This document shows, in pieces, positions 1 to 7,676 of a DNA stretch of 20,985 nucleotides. Below the pieces are notes generated by a model that saw only the letters and a list, made by a program, of their open reading frames with translations, made no database searches and had not been told where the DNA came from. The DNA is from Pseudobdellovibrionaceae bacterium. GTDB lineage: Bacteria > Bdellovibrionota > Bdellovibrionia > Bdellovibrionales > Bdellovibrionaceae. The stretch's first letter is position 1; each line of letters begins with the position of its first letter. The stretch is taken from assembly GCA_041288045.1 (NCBI GenBank), contig JBGGMM010000085.1, forward strand, positions 1 through 20,985. The letters run 5' to 3'. Position numbers and translations under genes: made by a program.

Positions 1-459
1 AGGAGCATAGGCAATCAGATGTGCCAGAGCCACTTTTGGTGAGCAAGTCTTTGCATATAAAGACATGTGCCCCTGAAGGAGGCCCAATCTCACTTCGATG
101 ACATTAGGTCGGAACAAATTGCTGTCAGTAGTGGAGAAGCTGATATAATCGGAGTCGCTCTTCCAGTCTGTTTGGTACTCTCCAGTATAAGCGAGAACCC
201 TTTCAGAACTGCGTGGAGCCGTGAATTCCAAATCATCCATAAACATTTCCAGCCCGACAGTGGGTTCGTTGGACATTTCGCCGCAGCCTCGAGGGCGAAC
301 TGTGTTCAAATCCGCGGCCAAACTTTTAAAAAGCTGACTCCAGTAAGGGCTCGACTTGAGACTATTGGCTTCAGCCTGAAGCTGTTGGTAATTGCACTCG
401 CCGATTGCGGCAGCTTGGATGGAAACCAAAGCCAGTGTTGTGATGATGAACTTTTTCAT
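1..459 (-). CDS. Secreted hypothetical protein, partial (3' end runs off the window)
   Basis: Not in the ORF track because it has no stop in the window. My translation from ATG 459 is MKKFIITTLALVSIQAAAIGECNYQQLQAEANSLKSSPYWSQLF..., open to position 1. It has a Sec-type signal peptide and an AAGGAG RBS (ctcctt at 465-470). Confidence 0.85.
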   Translation of the reverse strand, partial: MKKFIITTLALVSIQAAAIGECNYQQLQAEANSLKSSPYWSQLFKSLAADLNTVRPRGCGEMSNEPTVGLEMFMDDLEFTAPRSSERVLAYTGEYQTDWKSDSDYISFSTTDSNLFRPNVIEVRLGLLQGHMSLYAKTCSPKVALAHLIAYAP

Positions 460-559
460 AAGAACTCCTTTATTTTCTGAGACCGTTTCTGCGATCTCGG
501 TTTGTGTTTGTTGAATGCAAGATAATGCAAAGCACCCAAGACTTTCATTTAGAAAATAG

Positions 560-592
560 CTAATAGTTATCATTTAAATTATCTAATAGTTA
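560..592. promoter_or_regulatory. Direct repeat CTAATAGTTA x2 in an AT-rich divergent promoter region
   Basis: Identical 10-mers at 560-569 and 583-592 (23-bp period), between the divergent starts at 459 and 619. Confidence 0.45.
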
Positions 593-618
593 ATTAATAT
601 GGTTAAATATTTGAAATT

Positions 619-1425
619 ATGAATATTTTTAACTTCAATGATTATAAGAAATTTGTCCAAAATTGGCTCGAAAAACAACCGAAACGAGGTCATGGCTACT
701 ACGCCAAGATGGCTGAAGCCCTCGGGATCAGTGCCGTGATGGTGAGCCAGGTTTTCAGCGGCAGCAAGAACCTTTCTTTAGAGCACGGCTTTCTCTTGGC
801 CGATTTTTTAGGACTGAACACTGCCGAAAAAAGTTATCTTCTTTTGCTGATCAATTATGAAAAAGCGGGAAGTCATCATTTGCGAGAGCATTTCAAAAAT
901 GAAATCAAACAAATTCAGAAAGAAAAAACGGAAAACCTCAAGGCCATCGTTGGTGAAGACATTTCGCTCAGTGAAACTGATAAAGCTATCTTTTATTCCA
1001 GCTGGCTCTACAGCGCCATTCGATTGCAAACTTCGATTGAAGGCTTTCAAAGTGTTGAAGCGCTGGTGAAAAGGTTCCAACTTCCGCGAGAAGAAATCAT
1101 GAGCAAATTGAATTTTCTCGTCGAGAAAAAATTGTGCCTTCTGTCTGAGGATGGTTACCGAATGGGCCCACAAAGAACTCATTTGGAAGCAAATTCGCCC
1201 TACATCAAACCCAGGCAAGTTTCCTGGCGAGTCAAAGCTTTCGAAAAAATGGAAATGCCCAAAAGTTCCTACCTTTTTTATACAGCCCCCATGTCCATCT
1301 CAGAAGAACATTACACCGAACTGCGAAGACGCCTCACCGAAGTCATTGCGGAATTAGGATCCAAAATCACGCAAAGAGATCCTGAAAAATTAGCTTGTCT
1401 GAATATTGATTTATTTGATCTATAA
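619..1425 (+). CDS. TIGR02147-family (DUF4423-like) HTH protein, putative transcriptional regulator
   Basis: 268 aa. Starts 'IFNFNDYKKF', has an XRE-like HTH (MAEALGISAVMVSQVFSGSKNLS), a central 'FYSSWLYSAIR' and a C-terminal 'LNIDLFDL'. Size and motifs match this Bdellovibrio/Fibrobacter paralog family. Confidence 0.85.
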   Translation: MNIFNFNDYKKFVQNWLEKQPKRGHGYYAKMAEALGISAVMVSQVFSGSKNLSLEHGFLLADFLGLNTAEKSYLLLLINYEKAGSHHLREHFKNEIKQIQKEKTENLKAIVGEDISLSETDKAIFYSSWLYSAIRLQTSIEGFQSVEALVKRFQLPREEIMSKLNFLVEKKLCLLSEDGYRMGPQRTHLEANSPYIKPRQVSWRVKAFEKMEMPKSSYLFYTAPMSISEEHYTELRRRLTEVIAELGSKITQRDPEKLACLNIDLFDL

Positions 1426-1533
1426 ACCGATGCCGCAAGTGCCCGAAGCCTCTAACACTCTGTTCACTTCTTGAAGCCACCGGGCCTCTTGACTAGGCTG
1501 AAGAGCGCAACCCAACCCATTCAGGAGACGAAT

Positions 1534-2127
1534 GTGAAATCATTAGCAATCCTTGCCTTCGGATTTTTGGCTTCTTTCAGTGCTTTTGCAAAACCATTGG
1601 ATTCAGCTTTCCATGTGCGAGGACCTGAAAATGCACCGGTGACCCTGATCATGTTTGGAGATTTTCAATGCCCTTACTGTCAGCGAGCTGAGAAAGTTTT
1701 AGCCGAACTGACAAAACAGATTCCTGAAGATTTCAAAGTCGTCTACCGGCATTACCCTTGGGATTTCCATGCGCAGGCCATGCCAGCATCCAAAGCCTCT
1801 GAGTGCGCGGGTCAACAGGGAAAATTTTGGCAAATGCACGATTTTTTCTACTCTCTTCAACCCGGAGCCTTGGTCAGCACCGACATGAAGGAAACCGCGC
1901 AAAAATTAAATTTGGAGATGACCGCTTTCGAAACCTGCTACAACCAAGCCGCCACAGAAGAAAAAGTTCTTTCAGACATGCGAGAAGCCGAGCTTCTGGG
2001 TCTGAAAGTCACTCCGCATTTTGTTTTGGTCGGACCTGCCGGCCTGAAAAAAGTCAGCGGCTCCAAGACTGTCGAAGAAATGAAGAGCTTTATTCTTGAA
2101 ATGAAGAATGCTCAGTCGATCAAATAA
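1534..2127 (+). CDS. DsbA-family (thioredoxin-fold) exported thiol:disulfide oxidoreductase
   Basis: GPENAPVTLIMFGDFQCPYC active site, 'RHYP', 'CAGQQGKFWQMHD' and the cis-Pro loop 'VTPHF'. The likely start is GTG 1534 after AGGAG (1523-1527), which gives a signal peptide ending in AFA. Confidence 0.88.
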   Translation: MKSLAILAFGFLASFSAFAKPLDSAFHVRGPENAPVTLIMFGDFQCPYCQRAEKVLAELTKQIPEDFKVVYRHYPWDFHAQAMPASKASECAGQQGKFWQMHDFFYSLQPGALVSTDMKETAQKLNLEMTAFETCYNQAATEEKVLSDMREAELLGLKVTPHFVLVGPAGLKKVSGSKTVEEMKSFILEMKNAQSIK

Positions 2128-3503
2128 ACTTTGAATTTTGCGCCTTTGATTTTTCCTCGGCGCATTTTATCCAGAGCCTTTTCAGCTAAGTGGTCTTTGA
2201 TGGCCAAAAAGCTGTGGCTGGGATGAATTTCAATTTTTCCAATCTCATCGCCAGCAAGTGCTTGTGGCGGGGCCGTCAGGGCCCCAAGGATATCTCCGGG
2301 GCGCAATTTGTCTTTGCGTCCACCAGCAATGAAAAGAGTTTTCATCGGTGCTGACTGAAATTCCCGTGGCAATCCCAATTGGTTTTTAAATCCCAAGGGC
2401 TTTCGTAGCATGGGAACTTTGGTGAACTTTTCGATTTCTTGGACTTTGATGGCTTCATAGGCATTGGCAATGGAAACAGCGCTTCCAGATCTGCCGGCTC
2501 TGCCAGTGCGACCAATCCGATGCACATAAATTTCAGGGCTGGGGGGAAGGTCGTAATTCACGACCAGCTCCAGATGATCAATATCAAGTCCGCGAGCTGC
2601 CACATCGGTGGCAATCAGAATTCGGATGCTGGCATTGCGAAAAAGAGCCATCACTTGATCTCTTTGAGCTTGCTCAAGATCGCCATGCAAAGCTGCACAG
2701 CTGACCTTCATTTTTTGAAGCTTCAAGAGAATTTCGCTCACCGAAGCTTTGGTTCTGCAGAAAACCAAAGTGCAATTCGCAGGATGCTGCTGCAAAAGCC
2801 GAAGAAGAGTTTCTAATTTTTCGTCATTTTCAGCAGTGTAAACATACTGCTGGATATTCAATGCCGTTTCCGGTTCGGCAGCAATTGAGACCCGCACTGG
2901 ATTTTTCTGATGCCGCTCACTGAGAGCCTGAATGCGATCTGAAAAAGTCGCGGAAAAAAGCACGGTTTGCCTTTTCTTTGGCAGCGCCTGCAATATTTTT
3001 TCCATTTCGTCTGCAAAGCCTTCATCCAGCATGCGATCGGCTTCATCCAAAACCAGAGTTTTCAAATCGCTCAGGGGAATTTCATCGGTCGAGAGAAAAT
3101 CCAAAGTCCTTCCTGGAGTTCCAACAATCACATGAACACCCTGCTGAAGAGCCTGGCGTTGAGGGGCATGCGGTTGACCGCCGACCAAAGAGACAACCTG
3201 AAGCCCTGAATGAAATTTGCCAAAGCGACGAAATTCTCGGACCACTTGATCGCAAAGCTCGCGAGTCGGGCAAAGAATCAAAGCTTGAGGCAAACGGAGA
3301 TTGATTTCGAGTTTTTCCAAAATGGGCAGAGCAAATGCCAAAGTCTTTCCACTACCAGTCTGAGACTGGCCCAAAAGATCCTGACCTTTCAGTAAAACTG
3401 GCAGGCTTTCAGCTTGAATCGGTGTGGCTTCTGTCAGTTTTTGCTCAGCGAGAACAGTCAGCAGGTTTTCAGAAAGAGAAAAAGATGGAAAGTCCGTCGC
3501 CAT
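2112..3503 (-). CDS. dbpA: ATP-dependent RNA helicase DbpA (DEAD-box)
   Basis: Q motif (TPIQ), QTGSGKT, PTREL, TPGR, DEAD, SAT, ARGLD and HRIGRTGRAG, plus the DbpA-type C-terminal RNA-binding domain (GGRKDKLRPGDILGALT...IGKIEI). Confidence 0.93.
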   Translation of the reverse strand: MATDFPSFSLSENLLTVLAEQKLTEATPIQAESLPVLLKGQDLLGQSQTGSGKTLAFALPILEKLEINLRLPQALILCPTRELCDQVVREFRRFGKFHSGLQVVSLVGGQPHAPQRQALQQGVHVIVGTPGRTLDFLSTDEIPLSDLKTLVLDEADRMLDEGFADEMEKILQALPKKRQTVLFSATFSDRIQALSERHQKNPVRVSIAAEPETALNIQQYVYTAENDEKLETLLRLLQQHPANCTLVFCRTKASVSEILLKLQKMKVSCAALHGDLEQAQRDQVMALFRNASIRILIATDVAARGLDIDHLELVVNYDLPPSPEIYVHRIGRTGRAGRSGSAVSIANAYEAIKVQEIEKFTKVPMLRKPLGFKNQLGLPREFQSAPMKTLFIAGGRKDKLRPGDILGALTAPPQALAGDEIGKIEIHPSHSFLAIKDHLAEKALDKMRRGKIKGAKFKVYLID

Positions 3504-3507
3504 GAAC

Positions 3508-4113
3508 TTACTGAAGGGTCATCATACCAGAAATCTTCTGGCTGACAGCAATCAATGACTGGCGCATGGACTCCGCATTTTGTTCCAAAATTTTGATTTT
3601 GGAATCATGACCGATTTCTTTCAGAATCCGAGATTCTTCGATCAATGCTTCGAGTTGGTTGCTCACCGTGGTCAGGCTGGTTTTTAATTCTGCCAGCTCT
3701 TGATCCGAGAAGGATTCGCCAGCAGGTCTTCGAAAGTGAACAAGCGATTGATTCAACTGACTGACTTTTTCACTTAAAATTTCGAAGCGAGCCAATTTTT
3801 TCTGAACTTCATCTTTTCTAAGTTTTAGATGATCTGCTTTGGCAGACACCTTTTGCGCTGCTAATTCGGCTTGGCCACGGGTTTCATTGAGAATCGTCAC
3901 AAAGCGAGCGATCTCCGTAGAAATCGCCTGTCCGGATTCTGTGAATCGGAGAATGAGCTTTTCACTTTGTTCAAAATCGAAATTGGACTTCAAATCAATC
4001 TCATCGATTCGGTCAGCCAAGCGGTTGAGATTGGTGAAATGCTCATCGAGAGCCAGAACAGTTAAAACCAAGGGAGAGGGATTTTTAATCGTTTTTGATT
4101 CGCTCATGACCAC
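3508..4113 (-). CDS. Hypothetical all-alpha coiled-coil protein
   Basis: 201-aa ORF rich in L/E/K/Q/S with heptad-like patterning. Its stop lies 4 bp before the dbpA start. The start may be ATG 4107. Confidence 0.75.
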   Translation of the reverse strand: MVMSESKTIKNPSPLVLTVLALDEHFTNLNRLADRIDEIDLKSNFDFEQSEKLILRFTESGQAISTEIARFVTILNETRGQAELAAQKVSAKADHLKLRKDEVQKKLARFEILSEKVSQLNQSLVHFRRPAGESFSDQELAELKTSLTTVSNQLEALIEESRILKEIGHDSKIKILEQNAESMRQSLIAVSQKISGMMTLQ

Positions 4114-4374
4114 TCATATGGCACAGCTCAACTCAATTTCAAAGGATTCCTTGAGGGTGCCTTTCTCTTTTTGCTTCACCCGGCGCGTAAAGAACCTGTG
4201 ACTGACTCTTTTTTTCAAATCGCGAGGGCTGGCTTTGAAATCCGCTCTTAACCCAGAAAGTGGGGCAGGGATGTCTCACTATGAGAATCGTATCATTCCA
4301 GTAAAAAAGTGCTCAACTTTCGTCCAGTTGTCTCCGATTTATACAATAACCTGTACGTAACAAGGAGAAGAGAG

Positions 4375-4659
4375 ATGAAGACCCTAATCCAAATCGCCAT
4401 TCTGGCCTGCCTTCTGGTCCCAGTATCCGCTTCAGCCGACATGGTTCTGGTTAAAAAATCTCAAGTTGAGGCTTTTTCTGAAAAGCACAACACAGAAAGC
4501 TATGACAGTGACATGAATCAAATGGCTGAGCTCTCCGACAAAATCGCTGACAGCATCATGAATCGCGAGCGCAATCTGGCCGAACAAAAGAAATCTCCCT
4601 CAAAAGGAATGTTCATTCGCTTGGTCAAAGTGAAGCGCACAAACGTGGCTAAAAACTAA
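4375..4659 (+). CDS. Small secreted hypothetical protein (94 aa)
   Basis: AAGGAG RBS upstream of ATG 4375; signal peptide MKTLIQIAILACLLVPVSASA. Confidence 0.8.
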   Translation: MKTLIQIAILACLLVPVSASADMVLVKKSQVEAFSEKHNTESYDSDMNQMAELSDKIADSIMNRERNLAEQKKSPSKGMFIRLVKVKRTNVAKN

Positions 4660-4672
4660 GCCAAAGGGTGAA

Positions 4673-6430
4673 TCAGCGCAAGAATTTCGATTCCAGAGAA
4701 TAGTCCCAGCGCAAAGCTGGGGCTGGTTTTTGCGCCCCTGAGGATTGATCGAGAATTTCAAGTAAGAATGTCGTGCCTTGGCCCTCAACGGAAGAGAGGA
4801 CTCGAATATCTCCGCCTAAGGCCCGAGCCAATCGGCGCGAGAGCGAAAGGCCCAAACCAGTGCCGCCGAATCTTCGAGCCGTGGAGCTATCAGCCTGCAC
4901 AAACATCTCGAAAATGCTTTCTAGATTGTTTTGCGGAATTCCAATTCCAGTGTCCTTAATTTCAAAACAAACCAGGCTTTGGCCGGATTCAGTTTTTCGA
5001 CCAAAGCTTCTCACATGCACGGATCCTTCAGGACTGAACTTGATGGCATTTCCAATTAAATTCAAAAGAATCTGTTTCAATCGAAAAGAATCGGTGGTGA
5101 TCCGAGCTGGAGTTGAAACACCAGATTGCAAATCGAGCTGCAGGTTTTGAGCTTTCACTCGCAAAAGTGAAACGACTTCGGCAGCAATCTTGTGCGGATT
5201 GGTTTCAGCAATATCCAAATGCAAATGACCTGCTTCGACTTTGGAGAGATCCAAAATGTCGTTGATGATCATTGCCAGGCCTTTGCCATTGCGAGTGAGA
5301 ATTTCAATGAAGCTTTCTCGGTCTTCGGCGCTAAGCTTGGGATCGCGCAAGAGGTCTGCGTAGCCGATCATGGCGCTCAAGGGGGTGCGGATTTCATGCG
5401 ACATATTGGCCAAAAAAGCGGACTTTAATGAGTTGGCCTTTTCCGCTTCGTCTTTGGCCCGTTTGAGTTCCAGTTGAGATTCCACCTGATCATGAATATC
5501 CACAACGGTTCCGATGTATCCCAAGAATTCGCCTTCTGGATTGATGCGCGGAAGTCCTGAATCCAAGACCCACCGGTATTCGCCGTCTCTCTGGCGAAGG
5601 CGGTAGCGAATACTGACTTTCCCACCTTCTTCGTTGGCTCGAATAAACACCTGCTTAGTTGATTCTCGATCTTCAGGGTGCACATTCTCAATCCAGCCAA
5701 ATCCCAAATCTTGGGCTGCTGTTCGGCCGGTCACTTCATACCATTGCCGACTGAGATAAGTGCATCTGCCATGAGTGTTCGTGATCCAAAGAATCGCTGG
5801 GGAATTGTCCACCAGCTCTCGAAAATGAGCCCGAGCCGCTTCAGCAGAATCCCGTCGGAAGCTGGATTGAACTGCGGCGCTGGCGAAATGAGACAGGGAA
5901 TTGAGGATTCGAAGATCTTCCAAATCGAACTGGTGATTTTTGCTGTGAAAAGCAATCCAAACGGTGCCGATCAGCTTTCCGTTTTGACTGAAAGGCATTA
6001 GAAGCACTTCTTCGATGGCGACACCCAATTCAGTGATGTAGGGATAAAAGCGTTCCGGGGCTTGCATCAGCAGTGGCTTTTTTTGATCCAACACTTCACC
6101 GCAGGGACTGAAAGACCGCGGCAGCTTGCCACCCAAAAAACGCTTGAGCTGGCCAGAGATTGCTCGCCAGCGAAAGTTCTGGCCATCAGGGTCAACCAAG
6201 CTGATTCCGGCTGAGTGCGCCTGACAGAGCCGTAAAGCAACGTCCGTCAATTTTTGAAGGATGTCATCGGTTGCAAGAGCCAGGCATTCACCGAGCTCGC
6301 GAAAGCCTTGGGCCTCAGCCTCATAATTGGCTGGCTTGGATTTGCGCTTCTGCAGTTCAAATGTCGCAATCACTTCATCCAAAGAAATTTGGACAGAGGA
6401 GTTCCTCAGGTTGTCGTTGGATGGTCCCAA
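4673..6430 (-). CDS. Cytoplasmic sensor histidine kinase (GAF-PAS/PAC-HisKA-HATPase)
   Basis: GAF (HSAGISL...FSPCG...LLMPF), PAS (YLSRQWYEVTG...VHPEDR...DGEYRW), H-box 'FLANMSHEIRTPL', N-box 'NLIGNAIKF', G1 'DTGIGI' and G2 'GGTGLGL'. No TM segment. TTG start after GGGGA. Confidence 0.93.
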   Translation of the reverse strand: MGPSNDNLRNSSVQISLDEVIATFELQKRKSKPANYEAEAQGFRELGECLALATDDILQKLTDVALRLCQAHSAGISLVDPDGQNFRWRAISGQLKRFLGGKLPRSFSPCGEVLDQKKPLLMQAPERFYPYITELGVAIEEVLLMPFSQNGKLIGTVWIAFHSKNHQFDLEDLRILNSLSHFASAAVQSSFRRDSAEAARAHFRELVDNSPAILWITNTHGRCTYLSRQWYEVTGRTAAQDLGFGWIENVHPEDRESTKQVFIRANEEGGKVSIRYRLRQRDGEYRWVLDSGLPRINPEGEFLGYIGTVVDIHDQVESQLELKRAKDEAEKANSLKSAFLANMSHEIRTPLSAMIGYADLLRDPKLSAEDRESFIEILTRNGKGLAMIINDILDLSKVEAGHLHLDIAETNPHKIAAEVVSLLRVKAQNLQLDLQSGVSTPARITTDSFRLKQILLNLIGNAIKFSPEGSVHVRSFGRKTESGQSLVCFEIKDTGIGIPQNNLESIFEMFVQADSSTARRFGGTGLGLSLSRRLARALGGDIRVLSSVEGQGTTFLLEILDQSSGAQKPAPALRWDYSLESKFLR

Positions 6431-6437
6431 TGTCTTC

Positions 6438-6469
6438 CCCGTTCTAAAATTTGAAACTTTTAAAACGGG
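6438..6469 (-). promoter_or_regulatory. 5'-UTR stem-loop overlapping the kinase RBS
   Basis: On the minus-strand RNA, CCCGUUUUAAAA pairs with UUUUAGAACGGG (12-bp stem, one G-U, 8-nt loop). The 3' arm includes most of the GGGGA SD. Confidence 0.5.
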
Positions 6470-6521
6470 TGCATGCTGCCATAGGACGCCAGGGATTGGC
6501 TAGTTGATATTTGGCGTTAAA

Positions 6522-7169
6522 TTAGGGGCCCGTTCGTTTAAACACCACATCGACAAAATAGTTGGTATCTCGATAGGTGCTCTGTGGAAGGCTGCTGCCA
6601 TTTCCGTAATCATAGACGCTTTTCAACAGCGAAAAGTTCTTTGCAGAAATGGGCTTAACGAGACCTTCATATTCGTAAGGATAGGATCCATGAGGAGCAT
6701 TGTAAGAAGCCGTGTAAATTTCGCCAGCAATGACTTTCACTGGAGGGCGAATTTCAGCCGTGACCCAGCCGGGAACTTCTTGAGAGGGCTTCACGACGGC
6801 GGAAGCCAACAAAGATCCATTCGAATCCCAAAGTGAGACTCGGTAATTTTCATTGCCACCAGTGGCCTGGTAAAAGCGAATTCCATGAATCATTCCATTG
6901 CTGTGCGGAATCAGCTGAACGCCCAGCTCAACAGCGAGAGGATCAAACAGAGCGGCAGGGTTGGCAGGAATGGTATTTTCCAAAGCGGACTCGAAGGCAG
7001 CTGACGAGCTTGAACTCGAAGCTGCGCTTTTCATTTGAGCAGCTGCATCTGAGTCGCTCGCGCTGGCCTTTTTATCGCCGTCTTTTTTATCTGAACAAGC
7101 CAGCAGAGCAACTGCCCCAGCGGCTAAAACCAACAAGCGAAATGATTGAGAAACTCTTTGATTTGCCAT
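6522..7169 (-). CDS. Lipoprotein with a DUF4082-like beta-sandwich domain
   Basis: Lipobox LLAC and a Ser/Ala-rich linker, followed by 'VELGV...GIRFY...VSLWDSNGSLLASA...GW...YTASY...NYFVDVVF', which is typical of DUF4082. Confidence 0.8.
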   Translation of the reverse strand: MANQRVSQSFRLLVLAAGAVALLACSDKKDGDKKASASDSDAAAQMKSAASSSSSSAAFESALENTIPANPAALFDPLAVELGVQLIPHSNGMIHGIRFYQATGGNENYRVSLWDSNGSLLASAVVKPSQEVPGWVTAEIRPPVKVIAGEIYTASYNAPHGSYPYEYEGLVKPISAKNFSLLKSVYDYGNGSSLPQSTYRDTNYFVDVVFKRTGP

Positions 7170-7398
7170 TGCAACCTCTCTCTCGAATTCCGAGATTCTG
7201 TCTAATCGGTCAACAAAATGCTAAACTTTAGTTCAGGCAGCGAGTTTCTCAATTCGGGATCCTTTTTTTGGACTTCATCTCATTCCGAGAGCGCAAGTGA
7301 AATTTTCTTGGTGCGAACAGAAGCTTTGACTTTCAAAGACTCTGGTGTAAATAAACACATCTTTATAAATAAAAATACATAGTGGCCAGGGGGACTTG

Positions 7399-7671
7399 AT
7401 GGCTGATTTTAAGCATTCGCCAAAGACCTTTCCAAAGAGTTCAAGTTTTGAATTCAGAAAGAATCAGGGAATTTCGGCTTGGTGTCTGCAATGTCAAAAG
7501 CCGGCCAAAATCATCTCTTACCGATCGGGCCGCTATGAAATTGAAACCATTGATGGTCCCCAAGCGGACCACCACGGATTTGATCTCTACACTCTTTCCT
7601 GTCATCGTTCAGTTGAAAAATTTGTGGTTTATGTTTTTGGCGATCCTATGACTTGGGTGAGAGTCGGCTAA
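7399..7671 (+). CDS. Small hypothetical protein, possible Zn-ribbon (CxxC...CH)
   Basis: 90 aa with an AGGGGGA RBS. It fills the gap between two minus-strand genes and carries CLQC and SCH motifs. Confidence 0.6.
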   Translation: MADFKHSPKTFPKSSSFEFRKNQGISAWCLQCQKPAKIISYRSGRYEIETIDGPQADHHGFDLYTLSCHRSVEKFVVYVFGDPMTWVRVG

Positions 7672-7676
7672 GCCCA

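Noticed and set aside
67..480. 137-aa plus-strand ORF in the track
   Set aside because: It is antisense to a better-supported minus-strand gene (signal peptide and AAGGAG RBS at ATG 459).
1471..1533. N-terminal extensions given by the ORF track (also 4309, 9708, 14993, 15155)
   Set aside because: Downstream starts have a proper SD and put signal peptides or the first TM at the N-terminus.
6996..7075. Ser/Ala run in the DUF4082 lipoprotein as a DNA tandem repeat
   Set aside because: The codons are mixed. It is a protein low-complexity linker, not a nucleotide repeat or phase-variable tract.
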